From an uncultured Chthonomonadaceae bacterium (GTDB taxonomy: Bacteria; Armatimonadota; Chthonomonadetes; Chthonomonadales; Chthonomonadaceae): 64,000 nucleotides of DNA. The stretch covers positions 512,001-576,000 of the forward strand of contig CAWFQB010000003.1 of NCBI GenBank assembly GCA_963817895.1, read 5' to 3'. Both the position numbers and the translations under genes were made by a program. Shown here piece after piece: positions 1 through 10,308 of the stretch. The notes below the pieces were generated by a model. That model was not told the DNA's origin and made no database searches. It was given only the letters and a program-made list of their open reading frames with translations. Positions within the stretch are counted from its first letter, which is position 1, and every line of letters begins with the position of its first letter.

Positions 1-127
1 TGCTGTCAAAGGCGTTGTCGCCCGCCGCCGAGCGGTGCGTCAGGGCGCGGCGCAGGCGCGTCAAGTCCTTGAACTGTACGCCAAGCCGTTCCTGAAGTGG
101 GGTTAAATCCTGTTCGTCCGTAGGCAT
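1..127 (-). CDS. rnc: Ribonuclease III, 5' part (runs off the window)
   Basis: My translation of the minus strand from ATG 127 gives MPTDEQDLTPLQERLGVQFKDLTRLRRALTHRSAAGDNAFDS, which matches the RNase III N-terminal L..LG..F.D..LL..ALTHRS motif. Confidence 0.85.
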   Translation of the reverse strand, partial: MPTDEQDLTPLQERLGVQFKDLTRLRRALTHRSAAGDNAFDS

Positions 128-148
128 ATTAACTGTAGATTCACCTTA

Positions 149-250
149 GAGCCTACCCCAATAGGCCGGGTACAAAGAACGTACCCGTCTGAGTGGCCTG
201 CGGCCAAGCGTCCTTCGGACGCAAATGCAATCGCCTGTTGGGATAGGCTC
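149..250. mobile_element. MITE-like element, family A copy 1
   Basis: Terminal inverted repeats GAGCCTACCCCAATAGGC / GCCTGTTGGGATAGGCTC, flanked by TTA and TAA. A near-identical copy lies at 44485-44604. Confidence 0.75.
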
Positions 251-266
251 TAACGCACGCCGTTGT

Positions 267-1016
267 TCAATGATGGTTAAACGCAACCCATGTCAGCCAT
301 CCCATAAGAAGCAGTTTGAGCGGCAGAATGATAAGCCCTGCCCATTTCCAGCGCGTTTCCGATTGGAGAAACGCGGCCACGTTGCCATCTCGACGTTTCT
401 GCCACGCGAGATAGTGGCCCTGTACGCCCAACACCAGCGACAACAACGCGCCACTGTATGGTATTAGCAGATACAAAGGCGGGCCAGAATACGCCAGCAG
501 GGAGGCCGTATCCAGCAGGAGGACAATCAACGCCCAGCCGACAACGCCATGCCCCATCAGCCAGAACAGCGATGCCCCACATGCGCCCCAATTCCAGCGC
601 AATTTGGCAAGAATGGGCGGAAGCGGACGGTCGGGAACGCTTTGTATCGCGTTTACGGGGGATGGGTACGCCATTTGCACAGTGAGAAACGTCGCGCCGG
701 TCGGATCGTTGGGATTGGCAATCAGGCCGGCGGGAGCGCCGCACATCCGACACGCGCCCCGATTGGACGTGATTGCCCCGCACAATCGGCACTGCACATT
801 GAACTCCGGCGCGCGAATCTGCTTTGCCGGACGAACCCGCGCGTTGTTGGCGGCAGAAGTTGTCCCGGCCTGCGGCGGGGCAGGGTAGGGCCTTCCCGTA
901 CTCACAGTCGGCGCTTGAAACGGAATGGCGGAAGTCGCGCCCGCCAACGCTTGCCCGCAGCGTTCGCAAACCCTCGCGCCCGCCCGATTTATCTGCCCAC
1001 AATGCGGACACAGCAT
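267..1016 (-). CDS. Double zinc-ribbon membrane protein
   Basis: Likely start MLCPHCG at 1016. Two CxxC...CxxC ribbons, a WNWGA motif and C-terminal TM helices. Confidence 0.75.
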   Translation of the reverse strand: MLCPHCGQINRAGARVCERCGQALAGATSAIPFQAPTVSTGRPYPAPPQAGTTSAANNARVRPAKQIRAPEFNVQCRLCGAITSNRGACRMCGAPAGLIANPNDPTGATFLTVQMAYPSPVNAIQSVPDRPLPPILAKLRWNWGACGASLFWLMGHGVVGWALIVLLLDTASLLAYSGPPLYLLIPYSGALLSLVLGVQGHYLAWQKRRDGNVAAFLQSETRWKWAGLIILPLKLLLMGWLTWVAFNHH

Positions 1017-1189
1017 ACCCGCCTGAACTCCCGCTGCGCCATCGCGCCGAATAATAAAAAATAACGGGCCGCGAATAACTGCGCCGTAATTTTCGTGTTG
1101 GAGATAGTGTACCCGCAACCGGTTGGTTTTTGCCTGCGCGTTGGACGCGGATACAGCCAACAAGCCGAGAATAGTCTGCCTGTCGCCTG

Positions 1190-1218
1190 TTGACAACCAA
1201 TAATTCCAGTGCTACACT
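1190..1218 (+). promoter_or_regulatory. sigma70-type promoter of the ankyrin gene
   Basis: TTGACA-17 nt-TACACT. Confidence 0.6.
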
Positions 1219-1286
1219 TGAAAGGACACTACAAGGATGTTTTGCCATTCGTCTTCCTCCCATTTTCCTCCCATGAGGCTGCTGTT

Positions 1287-3056
1287 ATGTCACAAAGTCG
1301 CGCAGCGCGCCTGCTGTTTTTTGCCGTCATTGTCTTCGCGCTTGCCACCATCGGGCGCAACCTCTACCGTCGCCATCTCAACACGGCGCTCATTGCTGCC
1401 GTAGAAGCCGGAGATACATCCGAGGCGCGCCTGTTGCTGGCGAAAGGAGCCGATCCCAACGTCGGTAAGCCTCCAACCACTGAAAGTAGTGAGAGTACGC
1501 CTCTGCTTTCGCTTGTGCTGAGATTAAATTCTAACATGACCGGACAGGAGGAAGACATTGCCTGCTTGCTGATACAGCATGGCGCGCGTATTTCCGGGGA
1601 TAAGAATGAAACAAATTACCTGAGTTTTGCCTGTGACGCGGGCAGTACATCCGTCGTTCATTGCCTGCTTGAAAAAGGAGTTGATCCGAATGTCAGAAAT
1701 AGCTGGCTGGAAACTCCCGTGGATCGGGCTGTCAGGTACGGTTTCAGTGGCGATGAGAAGCCATCTCAGGTAGAAACAAGCGCCGACAGGAAACGCAAGC
1801 GGGTGAGTCATGAGTTGACGCGCCTGCTGCAGGCGTATGGAGCGCATTTCACGCTGCGCGACGCGGTTATGATGAATGATCTAACCACGACACGGGCTAT
1901 GCTGGATGCCGGGGCAAACATAGATGCGCGCGAGACAACTCAAACGTTAAATAGCCTCTCTTATGACAACACTCCACAGCAGGATGGCGTGGTGAAACCT
2001 TACGCTATCCCGAGCGCGCAACATGCTCAAGATGACAACACTCCACTGCAAGAAGGCGTAGCGAGAGGCTATTTGGAAGAATCGCGCCTTCTGCTGGAGC
2101 GCGGGGCGGCTATCAACGCGCGCTCTAAAGGCAACCCGCCGCCGCTTATCACCGCTCTCCTGCACAAACGCGCCGACCTTGTCAGACTACTGCTGGCGCG
2201 CGGGGCGGACGTGAACTTGTCTGGGGTTGATGACGACACCGATGACCCGGCGAGTTTCAGTGAGAACAACCTTCCGGCGCTTGCTCTGGCGATTGTATAC
2301 ATGCCGGAGTTTGTGCCGGAACTTCTCCAAAAGGGAGCGGACGTCAACGCGAAATACGGCGCAGCCTTGAAAGCGGCCATCGGGCAACACAACTTACCAC
2401 TGATACGGGAACTGTTGAAGCGCGGGGCCAACGTCAATCCGTCCCTGCCAATCCGTAAAGTATTTACGACTTCCCCTTCTGCCGGCGCGCGCAAACCGAT
2501 GAGTATGATGCTCGCTGTCGCCAGCATATCCTCTACTATGAACAGTCGGCCCGTTACCACTGCTACTAAAAGCCGGATAACTGCTTTTTCGCCGTTGATG
2601 CTTGCCGTCTGCAATGCTCCCGAATGTGAAGCCCTTTTGCTGCGGGCAGGGGCAAAGATAGGGCCGGATAAAAGTAGTATTCTGCCCGCTGTAGTTTTGA
2701 GCGGACACTCGGAACTGATGCCGCATCTGTTGACATTGGGAGCGGATGTGAACGGAACCGACAGGCATGGCGAAACCGCGCTCAGTCTTGCGGTTGTTCA
2801 CGCGCCTGCCGACGTCAAGTTTCTGCTCGAACATGGAGCCAAACCGAATATCGTCACGCGCTCGATGCCTTCCCGTACCCTGCTTTCACAGGCCGCCATG
2901 TCGGGCGAGATAGAGTGTGTCCGTCTCCTTCTGGCGCATCACGCCGAGGTGAACCTTCGCCTCGCGCAGGGTCACACACCGCTTTACTACGCCCGCAAAC
3001 ACAATCATGCCGATGTTGCCACGCTGTTGCAACAGGCCGGAGGCAAAGAGGAGTAG
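1287..3056 (+). CDS. Ankyrin-repeat protein with N-terminal membrane anchor
   Basis: Many LLxxGADVN/TPL repeats and a hydrophobic N-terminal segment. Start placed at MSQSRAA. Confidence 0.9.
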   Translation: MSQSRAARLLFFAVIVFALATIGRNLYRRHLNTALIAAVEAGDTSEARLLLAKGADPNVGKPPTTESSESTPLLSLVLRLNSNMTGQEEDIACLLIQHGARISGDKNETNYLSFACDAGSTSVVHCLLEKGVDPNVRNSWLETPVDRAVRYGFSGDEKPSQVETSADRKRKRVSHELTRLLQAYGAHFTLRDAVMMNDLTTTRAMLDAGANIDARETTQTLNSLSYDNTPQQDGVVKPYAIPSAQHAQDDNTPLQEGVARGYLEESRLLLERGAAINARSKGNPPPLITALLHKRADLVRLLLARGADVNLSGVDDDTDDPASFSENNLPALALAIVYMPEFVPELLQKGADVNAKYGAALKAAIGQHNLPLIRELLKRGANVNPSLPIRKVFTTSPSAGARKPMSMMLAVASISSTMNSRPVTTATKSRITAFSPLMLAVCNAPECEALLLRAGAKIGPDKSSILPAVVLSGHSELMPHLLTLGADVNGTDRHGETALSLAVVHAPADVKFLLEHGAKPNIVTRSMPSRTLLSQAAMSGEIECVRLLLAHHAEVNLRLAQGHTPLYYARKHNHADVATLLQQAGGKEE

Positions 3057-3130
3057 CCATAGAAAACCCCTCCCTTATGTATTCAATATCTGTCTATCCA
3101 AAGTAAAGGAGGAATACCTGTCTTTACACT

Positions 3131-3162
3131 TGAACCATTTTTCCAATTGGAGAAATGGTTCA
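3131..3162. repeat. Near-perfect 32-bp palindrome between convergent genes
   Basis: TGAACCATTTTTCCAA/TTGGAGAAATGGTTCA, one mismatch. Confidence 0.6.
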
Positions 3163-3261
3163 CCAGACGAGCGCGGCGTAAGTCTCTACCGATGGTTCCG
3201 ACAAGGCAGCATAGAAGTCGCGCAGACCTTTGTTGCGCAGATGTTGCAGCATCCTCCTGCG

Positions 3262-3295
3262 GCTACTTCTTCACCCCCCAGGGTGAAGAAGTAGC
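3262..3295. terminator. Perfect 15-bp stem hairpin at the 3' end of the minus-strand ankyrin gene
   Basis: GCTACTTCTTCACCC-ccca-GGGTGAAGAAGTAGC; no clear U-tract. Confidence 0.45.
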
Positions 3296-4066
3296 ATAAA
3301 TTATCTGAGAGGGAGGCGTTTGATTGACCACAGTTCCGCCCGCGACACCAACTCCTGCGGGAAACATTTGTGTATGAGGATCAGCCCCATACTTCAGGAG
3401 CAAAGCTTTTATCTGCGGGCCAGGTTGGGAGTAGGAAAAGGCGGTGTATCCAACATGGTTCTTGAGATTCGCGTCAGCTCCGGCTTCCAGTAATGCCTTG
3501 ACACGCGGGAGGTCGTGCCCACTGGCAGCCAGCATCAACGGGGTTTGTCCATCACTCCCGCCCGCATTGACCTGCGCGCCATGTTGAAGCAACAGTTGCA
3601 GGATTTCCAGTGTTCCATTGCCGTTGGCGACGGCGTAAAGCGGCGTGTTGTTCCCTGGCCCGCCGGTGTTGGGATCAGCTCGCGCTTCCAACAACGCCTT
3701 GACCAATCTGGCATCTTTGGTTCCTGGTTGGAAAGGCTGATGGCTGCCCGGATAAACGTGAGAAGCCACCGCATAATACAGGGCGCTTTCCCCCGGCAAT
3801 GGAACAGGTTCATTTGTTAGACGAGCCATCAGCACTTGCAGCCTGCTGGCGGATCCGCCGACAGGTTCCAAGCGCGCATTGGGATCGGCTCCCTGACGCA
3901 GCGCCGCAATGGCGGCGTCCGTGTTGCGGGCAGTAAGAGCGGTAAACAAAGCGTCATCAAGGCGTTGTTGCCTCCGTGTCTGCCATAGAGGAACCAACAG
4001 CAAAAGGCACAGGAGCAACAGTCCGCATAGAAGGCGAGCAAAGCGGGAGGCAAGTCGTGTTTTCAT
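3263..4066 (-). CDS. Ankyrin-repeat protein with N-terminal membrane anchor
   Basis: GADPNA, GNNTPL and GQTPLMLAA repeats with an N-terminal TM helix. Confidence 0.9.
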   Translation of the reverse strand: MKTRLASRFARLLCGLLLLCLLLLVPLWQTRRQQRLDDALFTALTARNTDAAIAALRQGADPNARLEPVGGSASRLQVLMARLTNEPVPLPGESALYYAVASHVYPGSHQPFQPGTKDARLVKALLEARADPNTGGPGNNTPLYAVANGNGTLEILQLLLQHGAQVNAGGSDGQTPLMLAASGHDLPRVKALLEAGADANLKNHVGYTAFSYSQPGPQIKALLLKYGADPHTQMFPAGVGVAGGTVVNQTPPSQIIYATSSPWGVKK

Positions 4067-4344
4067 AAGTCTCCTTCTTTATCATTCGCTCTGTGCTTTC
4101 AGAGAAGCCAGCAGCTACATCTTTTTGTTGGAAAAGAACGATAGAAAGTTCACGGGGTACAACAACGATTCCTGGCTCCTCCCAAGCGACGCAGGAGCGA
4201 CCAGGAGAGGGGGCCACAAGTGGACGCTATCCAGTGAGGCAACTGTAAAGAATAACCGAAAACGCGGGAACGTGGAACTGCACACATTATTGAACAGTAA
4301 TATAAGGACAGCCTGCGGGAAAGCAGATGAAGGCCAATCGTACC

Positions 4345-4803
4345 ATGACACTGCAATCGAATCCTGTTTCTGTGGGACAATCCGCGCCCGATTTTACCTG
4401 CGCTTGCAGTGACGGCAGTACGCTGTCGCTGTCGGATTTGCGCGGCAGGGAACGGGTTGTCCTCGTGTTTTATCCGGGGGATAATACGCCTGTTTGTACT
4501 GCGCAGTTGTGCGCGTTTCGGGACGACTGGAGTCGGTTTCAGGCGCAGAATACGCGCGTGTACGGTGTTAATCCCGCCGGTCAGGGCAAACACGCGGGCT
4601 TTGTGGCAAAGCATCAGTTTCCGTTTCCGCTTCTGGTGGACGCGGGCGGGCAAATCGCCGCCGCGTATGGCTGCCGCCTGCTGTTCGGACTTATCCGCCG
4701 AACGGTAGTCCTGATAGACCGGCAGGGCAAAGTCGCCTATATACAGAGGGGCAATCCCGCGCCGCAGGAACTGCTGAACGTTCTCGCCGCCCTACAGGAT
4801 TAA
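4345..4803 (+). CDS. bcp: Peroxiredoxin, BCP/PrxQ family
   Basis: APDF...FYPGDNTPVCTAQLCAFRD (PxxxTxxC motif). Confidence 0.88.
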   Translation: MTLQSNPVSVGQSAPDFTCACSDGSTLSLSDLRGRERVVLVFYPGDNTPVCTAQLCAFRDDWSRFQAQNTRVYGVNPAGQGKHAGFVAKHQFPFPLLVDAGGQIAAAYGCRLLFGLIRRTVVLIDRQGKVAYIQRGNPAPQELLNVLAALQD

Positions 4804-5028
4804 ATGAATTAGATGGATGGTTCAGCGCGTACAAACGTTGTGCGCCGCAGGATATTATGCCCGTGAGGAGGCAAGTTTTCGTTGATGAATCTACCTGATG
4901 GAGCCGAAGTTGCTCCCGTTTTGCCCGCCCATTTAGCCACTGCCCTTGCCCCGACGCTGAATAAACCGCGCGGACACGACAACGGGGATGCCGAGAACAC
5001 AGAACATCGCGCAGGGCGTGGGCGCAAT

Positions 5029-6586
5029 ATGCCTGATGACACTGATGCAGGGAATGGCCGTCCGAGCGCGGTTGTGATCGGCGCGGGGTTGGGCGGACTG
5101 TCCGCCGCCATTCATCTGGCGCGGCAGGGCTGGAAAGTGGATGTTATCGAGCGCAACGCGCGCAGCGGCGGGCGCATGAACGTGATTCGGGAAAAAGGCT
5201 TCACCATTGACATGGGGCCGACCATGCTGATGATGCCCGAAGTGATCGAAAACACTTTCAGCGCCTGCGGGCGCGACATCAAAGATTACCTGAGCCTGGA
5301 CGCGCCTGACTCCCGCCTATACGATTGTCTGGCCGGACGGCACGACGCTCAACATGGGCGGCTCCATTGCGGAAATGATCGCGCACGTGCAGCAGTTCGC
5401 GCCCGAAGACGCCGAGCGCATCGCGCCCGTTCATCGCCAAAATGAGGGCCAAGTACGACAACGCCCGCCACAATTTCATCGAGCGTTCCTTTAACAGCCT
5501 GCGCGATATGGCGCATCCCAACACCCTGCAGCGGACTGGTCAAGCCGCTGCCCCTGGAAAGCGTGTACAAGTTCGTCAGCAAAAACATTCAGCAACGAGA
5601 AACTGCGGCAGGCGTTCACGTTCCAAACTCTGTATCTGGGCATGAGTCCCTACAACTGTCCCTCTATCTACGCCCTGCTTCCTTATATCGAGATGGAGTT
5701 CGGCGTCTGGTTTCCCAGAGGCGGCACGATTGCGCTTGCCGACGCGCTGGAAAAACTGCTGCGCGAATTGGGCGGCGAACCTGCACTTTAATCAGCCCGT
5801 CGAGCGCATCGATGTGGAGGGCGAGCGGGCGACCGGCGTTCGTACCATGCGACGGGCGCGTACTGGAACGCCGATGTGGTCGTGTGCAACCTGGACGTGC
5901 CGATGGCGTACAAAACCCTGCTGCCGCCCCGAAGTTCGGCGCAAAGCACACGGACAAGCGCGATTGCAAAAGCACGATTTCGGCTGTTCCGGCTATCTGC
6001 TGTATCTGGGCGTGAAGAAAATCCCGAGCGACTGGGGCCATAACATGATCGTGCTGAGCGACGATTACGAGCAGATTATTGACGATATTTGCGTGAAGCC
6101 AGATTCTGCCCCGCGACCCGGCCATGCACGTCTGTATTCCCACCCGCACCGATCCCTCCCTTGCGCCGCCCGGCCATGATGTGGTTTACGTTCTGGTTCC
6201 CTGCCCGAATACGCGACGCCGCTATTGATTGGGAGCGCGAGGCGCCTCTGCTGCGCGAGCGCGTCCTGGACAAACTGGAAGCGACGGGCCTGCCCGGCCT
6301 GCGCGACAACATCGTGTTCGAGCGCGAATTCACGCCGCCGGAATTCGAGTCGCTGTATGGCTGCTACGCGGGCGCGGCGTACAGCGGCCTGACGCTCGGC
6401 ATTTTGCAGTCGGCCTACTTCCGCCCGCACAGCCGCAGCGAGGACGTGCGCGACCTGTACTTCGTCGGAGCCAGCACTCATCCCGGCGGCGGCGTTCCCA
6501 TCGTCCTGACATCGGGCCGACTGGCGGCCGAAGAGATCAACGCGGAACGAGATCACGCGAAGATAGAGACACAGGACACGAGATGA
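5029..6586 (+). CDS. Phytoene/diapophytoene desaturase, CrtI/CrtN family (several frameshifts, probably sequencing errors)
   Basis: VVIGAGLGGLSAA FAD motif, FTIDMGPT and C-terminal LYFVGASTHPGGGVP, spread over several frames. Alternative start at 4882. Confidence 0.85.
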
Positions 6587-6705
6587 TCAGATAGGAGAAT
6601 AGACAGGATTAACAGGATTCGTTCAGGATTACAGCGAGCAACGATCGTATCTTCTGAGCTTTTCCTCTGTGCCTCTGTGTCTCTGCGTAGCGGATGGTGA
6701 ACTTT

Positions 6706-8233
6706 ATGGACACTTTTAGTTCGTACAATCCCGGAACGGCGCGTTGCTCGGAACGTTTCCTGTGAGTCTGCGACGAGGTGGACTGCGCGGTTAGACGGCA
6801 CGGGCGCGGCAAGCGGCATGGGGCGCAAGGACGGCGGCAGAGCGTGTCGCGGCGTTGCGAGAGTTTGCGGGACAGTGTCGCGCAGGATGCGGACAGGCTG
6901 GCGCGATGTGTGTCGCGCAGAGATCGGCAAGCCGCTTCAGGAGGCGTATGGCGCCGACGTGCTGGCGTTGATTGGCGGGCTGGACTGGCTTATCGCGAAT
7001 CTGCCGCGCCTGCTTGCGCCGCGCCGTATTCCCGGCGAAAAGCGGGCGCACTTGCAGCCCATGCCGTATGGCGTTGTGGGCGTGATTGGAACGTGGAACT
7101 ATCCCCTTTTGCTGGATGGCGACGGCGATTGCATGGGCATTGGCGGCGGGCAACGCGGTGGTATGGAAGCCTTCGGAATTGGCGACGGCTTCCGCGACAA
7201 TGCCTCCATGCGCATTTTGAGCGGGCCGGCTTGCCGGTCGCGATGGTGACGGGGGATGGCAAGACGGGGCAGGCGTTGTGCGATACGCGGAACACCGCAT
7301 AGATAAACTGGCGTTTACGGGCGGCGTGGCGACGGGGCGCGCGATACTGGCGCAGTTGGCGACGCGGGGCATTCCGAGCGTGATGGAACTCAGCGGCAAT
7401 GACGCCCTGATTGTCTGCGCGGATGCCGACATAGAAGGCGGCGGCGCAGGCGGCGGTGTGGGCGCGGATTTGCAACGCGGGGCAAAGCTGCGTATCGCCG
7501 CAACGGATTTATGTCGAAGCGCAGGCGTATCCGGCGTTTGTGGCAGCCTGCGAGAAAATCATTAAGGACTTGCGGGCGGGCGTGGATTATGGCCCGCTGC
7601 GAACGGACGCTTTTCGCAAACGCGTGCATGGCCTTGTTAGCGGATGCCGTTCGACGCGGGGCGCGATCTGGTGTCAGGCGGCGCATTGTCTTGAACGATG
7701 CCGAATTTGCAGATGGTTTTTACTATGCCCCGACGCTGCTTGGCGGATTGCGCGCGACGACATGCCGATCATGCGGGAGGATTTCTTCGGCCCGGTATTG
7801 TGCGTTCGCGCTGTTCGGGATGCGGACGAAGCCGTTGCGCTTGCGAACGCGAATCCGAATGGGATTGGGCGCAAGCGTGTGGACGCGGGACATCAGGCAG
7901 GGCAGGCAAATTGCGGCGCGACTGCAGGCGGGCGTGGTCACGGTCAACATGGAAACACTGATGACGGGACGCGCCCCGGCCTGCCGTTTGGCGGCATGGG
8001 CGCGAGCGGATGGGGGCGGCAGCGGGGCGCGGCGGGGCTGGACGAGTTCGTACAGTGGAAAACCGTCTGCTGGCAGGGCAAGGTAGGGGCGCAGCGGCAC
8101 GTCTTTCCCTATCGCGATGCGACCATGCCCATTCTGCGCGGCCTGATCGCGCTCGAAAACCGCGCAGGGCGTGAAAGCGAAAATGCAGGCGGTGCGCGAA
8201 CTCGGAAATGCGGCCCGCAATGGAACAGGCTAA
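6706..8233 (+). CDS. Aldehyde dehydrogenase, probable diapolycopene aldehyde oxidase (AldH/CrtNc-like), frameshifted
   Basis: PYGVVGVIGTWNYP, FTGGVATG, MELSGND, NAGQSCVS, EDFFGPV and LPFGG motifs across frames; lies between two CrtI-family genes. Confidence 0.8.
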
Positions 8234-8385
8234 AAACAACAAGCAACCGCCTAATGTCTCTTGAGCAAAGCGTGATAAGCAGATGTGTCCGCGCATGCGG
8301 ACATTGGGCGAACGCCCCATGGCAAAGAAATTCATTTCGTTGCCCGTAATCGGCAACGCAACGATTACGGAGAAGCAGAGTGTCA

Positions 8386-9948
8386 ATGGCAAAGATAGCG
8401 GTAGTGGGCGGCGGATTGGCGGGGTGCGCGGCGGCGGTGCGGCTGGCGCACGCGGGCCATGAGGTGACGCTGTTTGAGAAGAACGCGCATCTGGGCGGCA
8501 AAATGAACGTGTGGGAAGAGGGCGGCTACTATTTCGACATGGGGCCGACCATCATCACCAAGCCCGATGTGCTGGACCGCCTGTTTTCCGATGTGGGCGC
8601 AGGCGCGAGGATTATCTCGATCTGGTGTCGCTCGATCCGCAGTGGCGCGCGTTTTTCGCCGACGGCAGCCGGTTCGACCTGTACACTCAGCCTGCAGGAA
8701 ATGACGGCGGAACTCCAGCCGCTTCGCGCCCGACGAAATTGCCAACTACCTGCAATTTCTCGCCTACAGCCAGAAGATGAACGACATCTCGGACCGCTGG
8801 TTCTACTGGAAGTCGTATGGCGGCATCATGGACATGATGCGGGCCAACCCGATGAACATGCAGTCGCTGGGCATTGCCGATGAACATGGACCCGCTCACC
8901 ACGATGCATCAGGCCGTGCGCAAGCATTTCAAAGACGAGCGACTGGCGCAGCTGTTCGAGCATTTCGTGCAGTACGTCGGCTCGTCGCCGTTTGTCGCGC
9001 CCGCCATTTTGTGCCTGATCGCGTGGGTGCAGATCGGCGCTGGGCTGCTGGTATCCGATGGGCGGAACGGGCGAAATCGCCCGCGCCCTGACGCGGCTTG
9101 TGCGACGAGTTGGGCGTGGACGTGCGCTTGAACACGCCCATCGCAGCGCATCGAAACCGCAGAACGGCAGAGTGACGGGCGTCACGCCGGAAGACGGCAG
9201 TATTGGAAGCGTTCGATGTGGTGGTCGCCAACTCCGACATCGTGCGGACGCTGGAACAGATGCTGACCGGCGCGGACGCGAAAGCTTATCCGCACAAGCA
9301 CGAAAAGCAGCTGGAACCCGCCTGTTCGGGCATCGTGCTGTATCTGGGCTGCAACAAAACGTGGCCGCAACTGAAGCACCACGATTTCTACTTTTCCGCC
9401 GACAGCGACGAGGAGTTCCGCGACCTGTACGAGCGCAAAGTTCCGCACGAAGACCCGACCTGCTATCTGGCCGTGCCGTCCCTCACCGACCCGCAGGTCG
9501 CGCCGCCCGGCTGCACCGCGCTGTACGTCCTGGTGCATTGCCCCTACCTGACGGACGCTTTCGATTGGGAGAAGGAGACGACGCGCTACCGGGACGTGAT
9601 CATCGACAAACTGGAGCGGAGCGGCCTGACCGGGCTTGCGCGACAGCATTCAGGTGTCGCGCACGATCACGCCCCGCGATCTGGAACGGATGTACTGGGT
9701 GAACCGGGGCGCGATTTACGGCGTGGTCACGCAGCGCGGCCTCAATTCCGCCTTCAAAACCGCCAACCGCAGCGACCTGATTAAAGGGCTTGTACTGGGC
9801 GGGCGGCAGCGTCAACCCCGGCCCCGGCGTCCCGATGGTGCTGATGTCCGGCCAGATCGCCGCCAACTGCGTCCTCGAAGATTACGGGCGCAACGATACC
9901 GCTACTATCGGCAGTCGTTCGGAACTGGCAGGGGCAACACGCGGGTAG
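8386..9948 (+). CDS. CrtI-family carotenoid oxidase, CrtP/CrtNb-like, frameshifted
   Basis: VVGGGLAG, YFDMGPTI, QYVGSSP, EPACSGIVLYLG, GAIYG and NPGPGVPMVLMSGQIAA motifs; last frame ends at TAG 9946-9948. Confidence 0.8.
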
Positions 9949-9974
9949 TTTTCTCCGGCTTCCAAACAGCGCAA

Positions 9975-10308
9975 AATAACAAAGCGTCCCGGCTCTCTTT
10001 TGTGGAGAACCGGGACGCTTTTGATATGTGGGTACAATAATGTGGGGTGAGACGCTCACGACGCCTCACCCCAAAACAAACTCGAGTGGTCAGCGTTTCA
10101 CCGCTGATTTTCTCGCAGAAAGGAGAAGCTAATGACGAGCTTCCTGTTCTGGCTGGCTGTTGCCGCCAACGTCGTCACCCTCGGCACGGCAATTTACTTG
10201 CTGTGCCGCTGGATCAAACGACAACAGCGCAAACGCCAGCGCCGACGCTCTAAAGTGGTTGAGAGTTTAGGCCGTTCCTGCCGGGGACTTTACATTTTCG
10301 GCAGGGAC
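9975..10308 (-). ncRNA. Candidate antisense antitoxin RNA (ends approximate)
   Basis: Inferred from the perfect promoter, a 5' hairpin (CCTGCCG..CGGCAGG) and the bidirectional terminator; no credible minus-strand CDS here. Confidence 0.4.
9982..10022. terminator. Bidirectional intrinsic terminator
   Basis: AAGCGTCCCGG...CCGGGACGCTTTT, with a T-rich tract on both strands. Confidence 0.75.

Noticed and set aside
149..250. tRNA gene, because of the cloverleaf-like fold
   Set aside because: No T-loop GTTCRA, D-loop or CCA features; terminal IRs with TWA flanks fit a MITE better.
4150..4330. Hairpin CCTGGCTCCT..AGGAGCGACCAGG and mini-ORF GTG-GAC-GCT-ATC-CAG-TGA upstream of bcp as a riboswitch or leader peptide
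   Set aside because: I could not match it to any riboswitch consensus by eye. An Rfam/Infernal search would be needed.
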